Below, in pieces: positions 25,541 to 39,357 of a stretch of 64,000 nucleotides of DNA. A model generated the notes under the pieces. The model was not told where the DNA came from, searched no databases, and saw only the letters and a list, made by a program, of their open reading frames with translations. Numbering within the stretch: the first letter of the stretch is position 1; the number at the start of each line of letters is the position of its first letter. Origin of the DNA: Mobula hypostoma (taxonomy: Eukaryota); NCBI RefSeq assembly GCF_963921235.1, contig NC_086108.1, positions 104,348,001 to 104,412,000 on the forward strand. Direction: 5' to 3'. Position numbers and translations under genes: made by a program.

Positions 25541-26202
25541 ATTTCTTAGTGTAATTTGTAGTTTTTTTAAAAAATTGCTCTGTACTGCTGCTGCAAAACA
25601 ACAAAATTTCATGACACGTGCCAGTGATATTAAATCTGATTCTGAGGCAAAAAAAAAAGTGAAATTTGATCAAGTTGTAACTTAATTCGGATATTTACTC
25701 ATGGAATATGTAACAGGTTTTTCAACCTACCTGCCATAGAGTCTTCGAACACTACAGCACTGAAACCAGCCCTTTGGCCTATCTCGTTGGTGCTGAACTA
25801 TTAATTGGCTTGCTCCCATCAACCTGCATACCCCTCCATACCCCTCCCCTCCATTTACTCATCCAGACTTCTAAATGTTGTGATTGAACCCGCATCCACC
25901 ACTAAACCAATTTAAAACAGGAACACAAGAGAATTTGCAAATGCTGAAAATTCAGAGCAACACACACAAAATGCTGGAGGAACTCAGCAGGTCAGCAAGA
26001 AGGAGAATAAACAGTCATTGTTTTGGGTGAGACCTTCATCAGGACTAGAAAGGAAGGGGGAAGAAGCCGGAAGAAAAAGGTGGGGGGTGGAGTACAAGTT
26101 AGAAGGTGAATGGGGAGATTGGGTGAGGTGGGTGGGGGAAGGGGGAATGAAGTGAGAAGCTGGGAGGAGATAGGCTGAAATGGTAAAGGGATGAAGAAGG
26201 AA

Positions 26203-27114
26203 CACTCACAACACGCTGGACGAACTCAGCAGGTCGGGCAGCATCCGTGGAAAGGATCGGTCGACGTTTCGGGCCGGAACCCTTCGTCAGGACTGAAGAG
26301 GGAAGGGGCAGAGGCCCTATAAAGAAGGTGGAGGGAGGGTGGGAAGGAGAAGGCTGGGAGGTTCCAGGTGAAAAGCCAGTAAGGGGAAAGATAAAGGGGT
26401 GGGGGAGGGGAGGCAGGGAGGGGATAGGCAGGAAAGGTGAAGAAGGAATAGGGGAAAGCACAATGGGTAGTAGAAGGAGGCGGAACCATGAGGGAGGTGA
26501 TAGGCGGCTGGGGGAGGGGGCAGAGTGACATAGGGATAGAGGAAGGGAGGGGGAGGGAATTACCGGAAGTTGGAGAATTCTGTGTTCATACCAAGGGGCG
26601 GAGACTACCTAGACGGTATATGAGGTGTTGCTGCTCCAACCTGAGTTTAGCCTCATCATGGCAGTAGAGGAGGCCATGAATGGACATATCTGAATGGGAA
26701 TGGGAAGCAGAGTTGAAGTGGGTGGCTACCGGGAGATCCTGTCTGTTGTGGCGGACGGAGCGGAGGTGCTCGACGAAGCAGTCCCCCAATCTGCGTCGAG
26801 TTTCACCGATGTAGAGGAGAACGCACCGGGAGCACCGGATGCAATAGATGACCCCAACTGACTCACAAGTGAAGTGTTGCCTCACCTGGAAGGACTGTTT
26901 GGGGCCCTGAATGGTGGCAAGAGATGAGGTGTAGGGACAGGTGTAGCACTTGCACTTACAGGGATAAGTGCCAAGTGGGAGATCCGTGGGGAGGGACCGA
27001 TCCCTGCAGAAGATGGAGAGGGGTGGAGAGGGAAAGATGTGGTTAGTGGTGGGGTCCTGTTGAAGGTGGCGGAAGTTGCGGAGGATAATGTGCTGGCTCT
27101 GGAGGCTAGTGGGG
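26203..27114 (-). mobile_element. Penelope-like element of a second subfamily, nested in an older Penelope copy (~25920-27320)
   Basis: GIY-YIG ORF 26586-26885 (GVIYCIRCSRCVLLYIGET). Terminal hammerhead-type motif. Flanks TGAAGAAG(G)AA on both sides. Confidence 0.85.
26259..26296 (-). ncRNA. Minimal hammerhead ribozyme motif, loop variant
   Basis: Reverse complement CAGTCCTGACGAAGGGT(TCCG)GCCCGAAACGTCGACC: core and stem II kept, loop changed, in an otherwise divergent subfamily. Confidence 0.75.
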
Positions 27115-28439
27115 TGAAGAAGAATTTGATAGGAGAGGAGAGTGGACCATGGGGGAAAAGGGAAGGAGGAAGGGAACAGAGGGAGATGATGGGCAGGTGA
27201 GGAGGAGTGATGAGAGGGGATCTAGAATTAGGACTGAAAAAAAGAGAAAAAGGCGAGGGCGGAGAAATAACTGAAAATTAGGGAAATTGATGTTCATGCC
27301 TTTGAGGCTACCAGACAGAGTTTCAAGTATCTTAAAAATATTAAGACTATAAGACATTGGAGCAGAATTAGGCTATTCAGTCCATTAAATCTGCTTTGCC
27401 ATTCAATCACGGTTGATTTATTTTTGCTCTCAAACCCATTCTCGGCTTCCACAACCATTTTTAGCAATGAATTCCACCCTCTGGCTAAAGAAGTTCCTCT
27501 TCTTTTCTACTGTTCGCAATGGCAGTATTCTGCAAACAACTGTATGAAACCTCTGGGCGACATGGTACCGTTGCAGTTAGCGTAACGCTAGTACAGCGCC
27601 AGAGACGAGTGATCACTGTTCGATTCCTGCTGCTGCCTTTATGGGGTTAGTATGTTCTCCAAGTGGCTGCGTGCATTTTCCTCTGGCTGCTCCGCTTTCC
27701 ACCCACGTTATGAGTTGTGGGCGCACGACGTTGGCACCTGAAGCACAGTGACACTTGTGGAACTCTTGATGCAAAATGACTCATTTCACTGTATGCTTTG
27801 ATTTACATGAGACAAATAGAGTTAATTCTTTTTCTTTTTTTGAAAGATCTGCCTTTGGATTATACCACTGGTAGTCAGCTGTGTGGGCCCAATTCCCAGA
27901 GTGAGGATTGAGCCCAGAATGTCTGACTCACTTCTGTCCGTAAATCACTACACTACGTTGACAGACCTTATGCCTAATCATCTTGAAATATTGTACTCCT
28001 CTTTATGGCCAGTGATGATGTGTCATTAACCAGTTCACCATGAAAACTCCTGGTAGTTAATGCTTGGTGATGGGACAATTTGGATGGAGTTTCAGCTGCA
28101 GAGTTAAAATCAGAACTCGGGGGTCTTTCAGTTTAATGAATAAAGCATTTCTTGTACCTCAAGTCCCAGGAGGAGACAAAAGTGAGATTTCAGATTACAT
28201 ACAGAGTGTAACAGAGGTAAAGAAGAGTCCTAATAAAGGGACTCAGTCCAAAATGTTGACCGCTAACCCCTCTCCATGATGCTGCCTGCCTTACTGAGTT
28301 ACTACAGCACTGGTCAAGATTTCCAGCATCTGCAGAACCTCTTGTGTTAAAGGGAGATTCATGTCAATGCTCTCGTGAGAAGTGTTTGATGGCTCCGGGC
28401 CTGTACTTGCTGGAGTTTAGAAGAATGTTAGGTGAACTG

Positions 28440-29415
28440 AAAGGAAGTTCTGTGGACGAGAACAAGATTCCCGGATGGTAAGTTGTCAACCAGGTGCCAG
28501 GGTCCAGGCCACCTCAGATCGAGTCCTCAGCACTTTTAAGTGGGATGGTGGGCAGCCAGAGGTCATTATCCGCGTAGATACCAATGATATAGGTAGAAAG
28601 AAGGACGAGGTTCTACAAAGTATGTTCAGGGTGCTAAGTTAAAGGGCGCGACCTCCAGTGTTGTGACCTTAGGATTGCTTCCCATGCCACGTGCTAGTGA
28701 AGCCAGAAATAGGAAAATTTTACAGCTTAACACATGACTAAGGAGTTTGTGTAGGAGGGAGGTCTTCAGATTTTTTAGATCTTTGAGCTCTTTTCAAGGG
28801 AAAGTGAGACCTGTGCAGAAAAGATGGCTCGCATCTAAACTGGAGGGTGACAAATATCCTAGCGGGAAGGTTTGCTACGACTGCCTGGTGGGGGATTAAA
28901 CTAGAGTTTCAGGGGGATGGGAACCAGAGTACCAGAGCAGATAGTGGAGAAGTTGTGGAGGCAGATGTTGTTAAGACCTCTGAGAAAGTCAGGAAACAAA
29001 AGGTTGTGCATGGTGCAACCGATGTCTTGAGCTGCATATATTTCAATGCAAAAAGTAATGTAGGAAAGGCAGATGAGCTTAGAGCATGGATCAACACCTG
29101 GAATTATGATGTTGTAGCCATTAGTGAGACTTGGTTGCAGAAGGGGCAGGACTGGCAGCTCAGTATTCCAGGGTTCTGTTGTTTGAGAAGTGACAGAGCA
29201 GGAGGGTTTAATGTAGGAGACGTGGTGTTACTAGTTTGGGAAAATGTCACAGCAGTGCTCAGTCAGGACAGACTGGAGAACATGTTCATTGAGGCTTTAT
29301 GGGTGGAAGTAAGGAATAAGATAGGTATGACCACGTTAATGGGGCTTTATTACAGAGCACCCAAAAGTCCGAGAGAAACAAATTTGTAGAGAGATCACAT
29401 ACTGTTGCAAGAAAC
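28440..29415 (+). mobile_element. CR1 LINE 5' region (ORF1 esterase-like remnant and APE endonuclease start)
   Basis: CIYFNAKS..KADEL, YDVVAISETWL, DR..G..G.V, GLYYRAP. Confidence 0.8.
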
Positions 29416-29489
29416 TCCCATACTGTAAAAGGACTAGATAGGATAGAACTTGTCAAATGTGTTCAAGACACTTTCCCTAATCTGTACAT

Positions 29490-31310
29490 AGAATCATTTT
29501 AGTCACCACGGACTCACCTTCACTGCTGAGCAGGTGAGAAGGGCTTTGGGGAAACACAGACACGGCAAAGCAATGGGACTGGATGGTGTGAACCCCAAGG
29601 TACTGACGGAGTGTGCTGAGCAGCTGTGTGGAGTTCTCCAGCGCATTTCCAATCTGAGTCTCAGCCTGGAATGAGTCTCGACTGTGTGGGAAAACATCAT
29701 GTGTGGTTCCAGTATCCAAGATGGGCCAACCGAAAGTCTTGAATGACTACCGTCCAGTGGCTCTGATCTCACAGATTGTGATGACACTAGAGAGGCTGGT
29801 CCTGGCTCACCTCTGACCCCTGGTCAGATCAGCCCTTGAGCCCCTGCGGTTTGCCTACCAGGAGCACATTGGAGTCGACGAATCTGTCATCTACCTACTG
29901 AACAGAGCTGACTCCCATTGGATAAGCAGGGCAGCACTGTGAGGATCATTTTTTTTTTATCTCTCGTGTGCCTTTAATACCATCTAGCCATCATTGCTGG
30001 GGAAGACCCTCCATTCAATGTAGGTTCGCACCTCCATTGTATCCTGGATAATGGACGACCTGACTGGCGGACCGCAGTTTGTGCAGCTTCAGAGCTGTAT
30101 GTCAAACATGGCTATAAGCAGCACTGGCTCCCCACAGGTGACTGTATGGGCTCACTTCTTGTTTACCCTGTATACCTTGGACTTTAGATACAACGCTGAG
30201 TCATGTCATCTGCAGAAAGTTTCTGATGACTCAGCAATAGTTGGGTGTATAAAGAGAGGACAGGAGGATGAATACAGGGCCTTGGTGGAGGACTTCGTCA
30301 AATGGTGCAAGCTGAATCATCTGCAGCTCAACATAATTAAGACAAAGGAAGTGGTGATGGACTTTAGGAAGACTAAGCCTGCATTGAACATAGAAATTTA
30401 CCGCACGTTACAGGCCCTTCGGCCCACAATGTTGTGGCACCATGTAACCTACTCTAGAAACTGCCTAGAATTTCCCTAGCGCATAGCCCTCTCTTTTTCT
30501 AATCTCCATGTACTCTTAAAAGACCCTAGTGTCCGCTTCCACCACTACCACCAGCGGTGCATTCCACGCACCCACCACTCTCTGTGTGAAAGACTTACCC
30601 CTGACATCTCCTCGGTACCCATGTCCATTGCTCCCTGTTACTATTGATGGTGAGGACGTAGATATGGTGGGGACCTACAAGTAGCTGGGGGTGCACCTGG
30701 ATGACAGACTTGAGTGGAACACCAACACGGAGGCTGGGTAAAAGAAGGACCAGAGTTGCCTCCACTTGCTGAGGAGACTGAGGTCCTTCGGAATATCCAG
30801 GCCTCTCCTTCACATATTCTGCCAGAATGTTGTTGCCAATACAACCTTCTATGTGGTGGTGTGCTGAGGCAATAGCATCAACATCGGTGATGCCAACTGG
30901 CTTAATAAACTGATTAGGAAGGCTGGTTCAGTTATAGGAGTCAAACTGGACACACTGGAGGCTGTGGTAGAACAAAGGACCCTATGGAAAATCCTGGCAA
31001 TTCTGGACAATGTTTCTCACCCTCTGCAGGCCACCTTGGCTGAACAGAGGAGTACTTTTAGTAGCAAACTAAGACAACTGAGCTGCTCCGAAGAGCGCTA
31101 TATGAGGTCATTCTTAACCTCAACCATTAGGCTCTATAATGAGTCAACCTGTAACCGGGGAAGTAATGACGCCCCCCCCTCCTGCTAGACTGTTTGTGGT
31201 AACTTATTTTTTTATTCTTTCTACTTCCTTCTAGTATTTAGATCCGTGCCCTTGTGATGCTACTTGTGATACTGTAATTTCCTTTGGGATCAATGAAGCA
31301 GCTAACTATC
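29490..31310 (+). mobile_element. Rex1/Babar-type LINE, decayed
   Basis: SSTGSPQ.TV...LFTLYT, QKVSDDSAIVG, LNIIKTKEVVMDFRK. CR1-tail insertion at ~30385-30620. Confidence 0.8.
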
Positions 31311-32419
31311 TAGAAGTCCCAATGAGAGAGTGCGCAATACTTGATCTCTTGTTAGGGAATGAGACAGGGCAGGTGACGGAAGTTTGTGTAGGGGAACACT
31401 TTGCATCGAGTGATCACAATGCCATTAGTTTCAAGGTAATTATGGAAAAGGACAGACGTAGTCCTCAGGTTGAGATTCTAAATTGGAGAAAGGCCAATTT
31501 TGACAGTAAGGATCTGGCAAGTGTTAATTGGGACAGGCTGTTTACTAGCAAAAGTGTATTTGGTAAGTGGGAGGCTTTCAAAAGTGGAAGTTTGAGAATA
31601 CAAAGCTTGTGTATGCATATCAGAATAAAGGGCTAGGATAGCAGGTTTAGGGAAGCTTGGTTTTTGAGAGATGTTGAGGCCCTGGTTACGTAAAAAAGGA
31701 GGTGCATAGCTGCTATAGAGAGGTAAGAAGAAATGAGGTGCTTATGGGGTATAAGAAATGCAAGAGAACACTTCAGAAATAAATCAGGAGGGCTAAAAGA
31801 AGGTACGAGGTTGCTGTAGCAGACAAGATGAAGGAGAATCCAAATGGAATTTGATGAAGGCAGGCAGTGGATGTTGTCTACATGGAGTTCAGCAAGGCAT
31901 TTAACAAGGTCCCACATAGGAGGCTGGTCAAGAAGGTTCAATCCTTTGGCATCCAAGATGTGGTAGTAAATTAGATTAGATACTGGCATTGCAGGAGAAG
32001 CCGGGGAGAGGTGTTAGATGATTGGATTGCATCTCTGTGGAGGACAATTCGTAGAAACATAGAAACCCTACAGCACAATACAGGCCCTTTGGCCCACGAT
32101 GCTGTGCCGAACATGTACTTATTTTAGAAATTAACTAGGGTTACCCATAGCCCTCTATTTTTCTAAGCTCCTTGTCATTGGGTATATTTAAAGCAAAGGT
32201 TGATAGGTTCTTGATTAGTCAGTGAGTCAAAGGTTATGAGGAGAAGGCAGGAAAATGGGGTTGAGAGGGATAGTAAATCAGCCATAATGGAATGGCAGAG
32301 CAGACTCAATGAGTTGCATGGGCTAATATCTGCTCCTATGTCTTATGGTCTTATTTTCTGTAGGCTGCCTTTTTGTCAGGGATAACATTCATTAATATGC
32401 TGAAAACTGATGGTTATTT

Positions 32420-33737
32420 CAGAATCAAAATTGAATCAGGTTTATTATCACCGGCATGTGACGTGTAGCTTGTTAACTTAGAAGCAGCAGTTCAATGCAA
32501 TACATAATCTAGCAAAGAGAGAGAAAAATAAATAAATAATCAGTAATAATAATAAATAAACAAGTAAATCAATTACGTATATTGAATAGATTATTAAAAA
32601 AGTGCAAAAACAGAAATACTGTACATTAAAAAAAAGGTAGTGTCCAAAGCTTCTAAGTCCATTCAGCAATGGGATGGCAAAGGGGAAGAAGCTGTTCCTG
32701 ACTCATTGAGTATGTGCCTTCAGACCTCTGTATCTCCTACCTGATGGTAACAGTGAGAAAAGGGCGTGCCCTGGCTGCTGGAGGTCCTTAATAATAGACA
32801 CTGCCTTTCTGAGACACCACTCCCTAAAGATGTCCTGGGTACTTTGTAGGCTAGTGCCCAAGATGGAGCTGACTAGATTTACAACCTTCTGCAGCTTCTT
32901 TCGGTCCTGTGCAGTGCCCCCCCCCCCCATACCAGACAGTGATGCAGCCTGTCAGAATGCTCTCCATGGTGCAGCTATAGAAGTTTTTGAGTGTATTTGT
33001 TGACATGCCAAATTGCTTCAAACTCCTAATGAAGTATAGCCGCTGTCTTGCCTTCTTTATGACTACATCAATGTGTTGGGACCAGGTTAGATCCTCAGAG
33101 ATCTTGACACCCAGGAACTTGAAGCTGCTCACTCTCTCCACTTCTGATCCCTCTATGAGAATTGGTATGTGTTCCTTTGTCTTACCCTTCCTGAAGTCCA
33201 CAATCAGCTCATTCGTCTTACTGACGAATTAGTGCCAGGTTGTTGCTGTGGCACCATTCCACTAGTTGGCATATCTCACTCCTGTACGCCCTCTCGTCAC
33301 CACCTGAGACTCTACCAACAATGGTTGTATCGTCAGCAAATTTATAGATGGTATTTGAGCTATGCCTAACCACACAGTCATGTGTATAGCAGTGGGCTAA
33401 GCACATACCCCTGAGGTGCACCAGTGTTGATCATCAGCGAAAAGGAGATGTTATCACCAATCCGCAGAGAGTGTGGTCTTCCAGTTAGGAAGTCAAGGAT
33501 CCAATTACAGAGGAAGGGACAGAGACCCATGTTCTGCAACTTCTCAATCAGGATTGTGGGAATTATGGTATTAAATGCTGGGCTATAGTCAATGAACAGC
33601 ATCCTGATGAAGGTGTTTGTGTTGTCCAGGTGTTCTAAAGCTGTGTGGAGAGCCATTGAGATTGTGTCTGCCGTTGACCTATTGTGACGATAGACAAATC
33701 GCAATAGGTCTAGGTCCTTGCTGAGACAGGAGTTCAG
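32420..33737 (-). mobile_element. Rex1/Babar-type LINE
   Basis: [57 protein letters not shown]. Confidence 0.88.
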
Positions 33738-36458
33738 AATTGACAAGATGGCACTGACGATATATGTGACTTTTAGTGGCAGCTCACTAACCTACTAGAT
33801 ATTCTACTTGATATACTTCTTCCAAATTATGATCGCTGCAATCTGCACCCTGTAATTTCCCTTTAACAAATTAACTTTTAAACTGTTTAAATGAACTAGC
33901 GATTTTATGATCTCCTGAAGGATTCGCCGAACTTGGCTCTCAAGAATGCAGGTATAGCACCTTGAAGTGGACAAGGGTGGGCCATCACTGGAAGAGTGTG
34001 CTGGGATGGACTTCAAGCAGATTAAAGTGTCGAGGTCCGAGAGTGGAAAATGAACCAGTGTTCAGCCCCTACTACTCTGTGCTAGCCTAGGTCTCCCCAT
34101 TTGAGCCCCTACCATCTACCTGTGCTTGACCTGTCTCACTCTCTTCTTGCTACTACCATCATGTCAGAGGTGAAGGAGTATTGGATGCCACACCACTGGG
34201 TTCAGGAAGAGTTATTGCCCCACAGCCATTGGGCTCCTAGACTGGCATGGAAGGCTTTATTCACCTCAGTGCTGAACTGATGCCATAGCCTGTAGGCCCA
34301 TTCAGGGACCCTGCCTTTAATATGTGTGGTTTTTCAATGATTCTGTTGTATTTTTTATTTTCCTGTGGGTGCCTGCAAAAATATGAATCCAAAGGTTGTA
34401 TATGGTATAATAAATTTACTTTAACTGTGAACATATGTTGTGAAATTTGTTGTTTTGCAGAGGCAGTACAGTAATAAGCATTAAAAATTGTTATAAGTTA
34501 CAATAAGGATTATAAAAAAGTAGTGTGAAAAGAGAGCAAAATGTGAGGCAGTGTACGTGGGTTCATGGATTGTTTAGAAATCTGATGGTAGAGGGAAAAA
34601 GGCTCTTCCTAAAACATTGAGTGTGTGTCTTCAGGCTCCTGAACCTCCTCCCTGAAGATTGAAATGAGAAGAAGACATGTTCTAGATGATTCTTTCTTTC
34701 TTTCTTTAAGCCCGTCTCCCCTACAGTGGCACAGGCTGCCAACAACAGCTCACCAGAGCCCTCTGTCCTGGACCAGTCTATCAAGTTGTCCCTAGGTGTA
34801 GCCCATTATGTCTTCTAGGTGAAGATCCTTCCTCTCCCAGGGATGAGATCTTTAGAGCTTCTGTCGGCATTTCTGTAGTTCCAGCTGTTTACAGGAAGGG
34901 GTTACTAACCCCAAGTCCAACACCATCCATGGTGGAGTTAGGTTACTGGAAGTTAGAGAAATCAATGTTCATGGCTTTGGATTGGTGACTACAGAGGCAG
35001 AATATGAGGTGGAGTTCATCTAAACTGTGAGGCAATAGTAGTCTACTCTTCATCCAGTACTGGCTGAATGTTTATGGTGGAACCCTAATTAAATATTCAA
35101 GCACAGCTCATTGTCAAAGGGCTTTATTGTTGACGTGTTCCACCACTTTACTAATGATAGAGAGGAATCCGATCTGTTAGTATTTGGTGGTTTAGAATCA
35201 TACCTCTTTTGTCTTTGTTAACTTCGCCTCGAGGGCTTTATGAGGTATTTTCACACAAGACTTCTGACATATGTTGTTGATTGTATTGTATATATGCGTG
35301 TCTCAAACTTTAACAAAGTGGGCCCTGTTCCTTGCTGCGTTATCAACAAATGGGAGTTGGGGGGGTTGATGGCGTGGTAGTGTAGTGATCAAAACAACAT
35401 TTTACAGTATCAGTGACCCGGGTTTAATTCCCACCACTGCCTGTACGTTCTCCTTGGGACCACGTCGGTTTCCTTCCTCAGTCCAAGGATGTACCAATTG
35501 GTAGGTTAATTGGTTATTGTAAATTGTATTGTGATTAGGCTAGGATTAAATCGGGGCATTGATGGGCGGGTGCGGCTCAAAGGACTGGAAGGGCCTGTTC
35601 TGTGCTGTATGTCAAGAAATAAATATAAAAAATTAACCATGGATATTGTGTCCGAGAGATCTATGTGACACACAAGCCAGGGCAGCACAACATAAGAGAG
35701 CCCATGTAGCAGGCTCTCTGTCTCCGTCAATCCAAAAGAACGGCAGAGACTGATACAGTTTGGCACCAGTGGCGTCACAGGAGTTGCCAGTCAATGTTGA
35801 ACTCAATGTAGGACTCCCTTAGATACTCCAGCTCTCGATTTTTCCTCAGTATTTACTCCAGAAACCTTCCCCATGAGTGGATATAGCTGTAAGGCAGCAG
35901 AGATTTGAGTTCAGAGTTTTTCTGCTCGTAGATGAGCTGCCAATCATGGCTGATGAGCATCACCTGCCAGAAATGACTGGTTTTAAGGCACCAGTAACCT
36001 GTCTTTGCTCCTTCTCTTGTCAATAGAAACAGTTCTGCCAGGTGTAGTGACTGACCCACACATGAAGGCCAGGAGCTGGACTTGGTTGTCAGAGGCTATT
36101 TGAGATACATGCCTTTGGGAGCATTTAATAGGTAGTGGGAGCTTCTCCCCATTATCCCCCTCCTCCCCAGCTATGACAACCTTAAGGAACCATTGATCTT
36201 ATGGAGGGCTATAAAATCATTAGGGCCATAGATAAGGCAAATGTACTCGTTCTTTTTTTCCAAGGCTGGGGAATCAAGAACTGGACGACATATGTTTTAG
36301 GGTGAGGGAGAGAGATTTAATAGGAACCCAAGGGGCAACGGTTTCACCTGGAGGTAGGGGTCAGTACATGGAATGAGCTGCCAATGGAAGTGATTGAGAC
36401 AGGTATGATAACGTTTCAAAGGTACTTGGACAGGTACATGAATAGGAAGGGTCCAGAT

Positions 36459-37582
36459 CAGCCTTTCTCAACCTTTCTGTCCTGGAGGAATCTTTGAAAT
36501 ATTTTTCAGGACTTGGGGATCCCTGAGTAAAAATTATTATATCTACAGCTCACGGTATGTTAGCGTGATCAGGAAGTTGAAGATATAATAATCCAAAAAT
36601 AATTGTTAGTGCCCTTTTGAGTAGAGAATGAATTTTTAGCCAGCCTTTCTTGAAAGAAGACAGGTAGTTAAGCTGAGCAACATACTTACCTTTCTTGAAA
36701 TTAATCTTTCTCATAACTTAAAAACTCATAAAGCACATTTTCATACAAGACTTTGAAAAAAATGTTTTCTTACTAAGTAACATGATCAGGCTCAAATATA
36801 GGCCTAGCTTCTGAAATCTGTGCTTATAGTTTTCCACAGACTAGGCACAATGGAATAGGACAACTTGGATCACCAGTCCATGTAAAACCTAATGTTAAGC
36901 AGCATTCATTGTAAAGACAGACTTATTTTGTGTCTGTTGTTGTACTATTGCAGTAAAGTAGCTCAGAAGATTGTAATTCTTCATCACTAACCTTATCAGA
37001 ATTGTCCATAGGCCTAGGCCTAGAATCCTCTTCCATCTCACACCTGTTCTTGAAAAATCGCCACATTCAACCATCTTTTGAAGGAAAATTTCCGCCAATT
37101 TTCTACCACACCTGCAGAGTTTGTTTACTCCCATCAGTCAGTTGGTAATGGCAAGGGCAAGTTGGGGGAGGTAATTTGTGGTGGCGGGGGGGGGGGAGAC
37201 TCCTGTCACAGCCCAACTTGGGTGAGTCCATTCAATGCTCAGAAAATGGACGTCATGCTCCTTGTCAGCCGACTGTCCTCTTCTCGGTTCAATACAGCGT
37301 TCACCAATTATCAACGCCTCTCCTATCTCGCGTCAATAACAGAATGGACTCAACCAAATGAACACAGTCCGACCGTGCCCTGTCGTACTGGGCTGAGAGA
37401 CCGCAAATGAGATTACTAACGAGGCTGATCAGTCACTGCTCACCCCTGCGAGCGCTAGCATTGTGCATTGCGTGAAGTTCAAAAAACAATGTTTATTTTT
37501 TAAAATCACGATCTCTCATAGAACCCTTAGTCACCTCTCACGGAACCCTAGGATCCCATGGAATGCCGGATGAGAAACCCTG
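36459..37582. mobile_element. hAT (Charlie-like) non-autonomous element inside a CR1 3' end
   Basis: TIRs CAGCCTTTCTCAAC / GATGAGAAACCCTG. 8-bp flanks GTCCAGAT / GTCTAGAG (nTCTAGAn-type target). Host CR1 tail resumes after 37590. Confidence 0.7.
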
Positions 37583-39357
37583 GTCTAGAGGTAAATGGGA
37601 CAATTATGGACAAATAGGATTTGCCTAGATGGGTGTCTTAGTTGGTATAGACCAGCTTGGCCAAAGGGCTTGTCTCTGTGCTTTATGAATTTCTTTACAT
37701 TGGTAAGGTGTAGGAAATTGTCCTAGTGCAGGGAAATAGGATTAGCATTGATTGGGCAAAAATGGGCAGGGATGTTTTGGGCTGAATGGCACATTTCTAT
37801 TCTGTATGTCTCTATGACTTTATGCCAGAGTAAAAACTTACTATGTATGCGGCATAATTTTTCATTGAACTATGCTTGGAGGTATTTGGTGAGCTATGCA
37901 GTGGTATGACCAAAGCTGGAGGTTCTAACAAGCCTTTTAAGGTGGCAACACCCAAGTCTGATTGTCAATAGTAGACCAAAGTAACTTTGGGCTTCACACA
38001 GAACCTGAATTGCAAGATGTGTAACTTTTGTCATGTTATAGGGTGTGGAATAGGTTACAAAAAATGCTAATGCCTTTATTATACTTAATTGTGTATTTTT
38101 AAGTGCAGGTGAGTCCTGTTCTCCAACCTATGAGACTTGTTTATTTCATCTCAGAGTGAAATGTTAAATTTAATGTTCTACATTTTTAATCCAATGTGGT
38201 CTATAAGTCTAAGGCTATTTTGTGTTGCCTCAAAAGCTGATGGCATATTTGGGCCCCATGGGAGCGTTAGCGGTTAGCGTGACATCATTATAGCTGGCGA
38301 GAGGTATCGGAGTTCGGAGTTGAACTCTGGTGTCCTGAGTAAACAAGTTTGTGCGTTCCTTCCTGTGTGCACGAGGGCGCTCAGATTTTCTCCCACGGTC
38401 CAGAAATGTACCAGTTAGTAGGTTAATTGGCCATTGTAAATTGTCCCATGATAGGCCAGGGTTAATTTGGTGAGTTGCTGAGTGGTGCGGTGTGAAGGGC
38501 CTATTCTGTGTTGTACCTCTAAATAAAATAAACATTCGTTTTCATATTGGAGTGAGTATACTGCATTGGTTCTACTGAACAGTCCAATCACGTGAATGAA
38601 TTGGATGAGTTCTGAGTCATCTGATTGGATAACAGCACTGCCTGGTCATCTCAGTGTATCATTCATGCTCCTGGCTACCATTATTTTGCAGGACGACACA
38701 TGGGAGAACCATATCCCCTTCACTAAAAAAAAAGGCTCGGCAAAGGATGTACTTCTCGAGCCAGTTATTTAAAATTCTGCCTGGTGCAATGTCAATACTG
38801 AGAGCATCCACACAACAGCCATGACTGTCTGATTTGGTGCAACACCCTCTCACGATATCAGAAACTACAGTGAGCTGACAGGCCAGCAGAAAAGATCATT
38901 GGCTGCAGACTATGGGGCTTGTACACATCCTGGACGTACAAGAGGTGGGCAGGACAGATGCTACCCACCATGGAAGCTGGCTTTTCCAAAGCCTCCCTGC
39001 TGGAAAGCACTATAGGGGTATTAAAACACAAACTTCGCACCACCTTACTTAAACTTTTCTTCCCCCGGGCAGTGAATCTGATCAACCAATTATAGTCAGA
39101 CCACCCAGTCCACTCTACCTATTACCCCCGTCGCCACCCTGCACCTTAAGCACTTTAAACCACGTTTTATAATGCAATTTACATTGTGAATACCTGCTGG
39201 AAGTTATGTATTTATGCACATTTTATTCCACGTTCATACTTTAACTTCTAACTTTATTTTTATATAATCCTTTATTCTTTATAAATGTTGAATGTTGTTT
39301 TTGTTGCGTGTTGCGCCCTGCCCAACACACAGCTACAGTTTTTAATACGTGTAAAGG

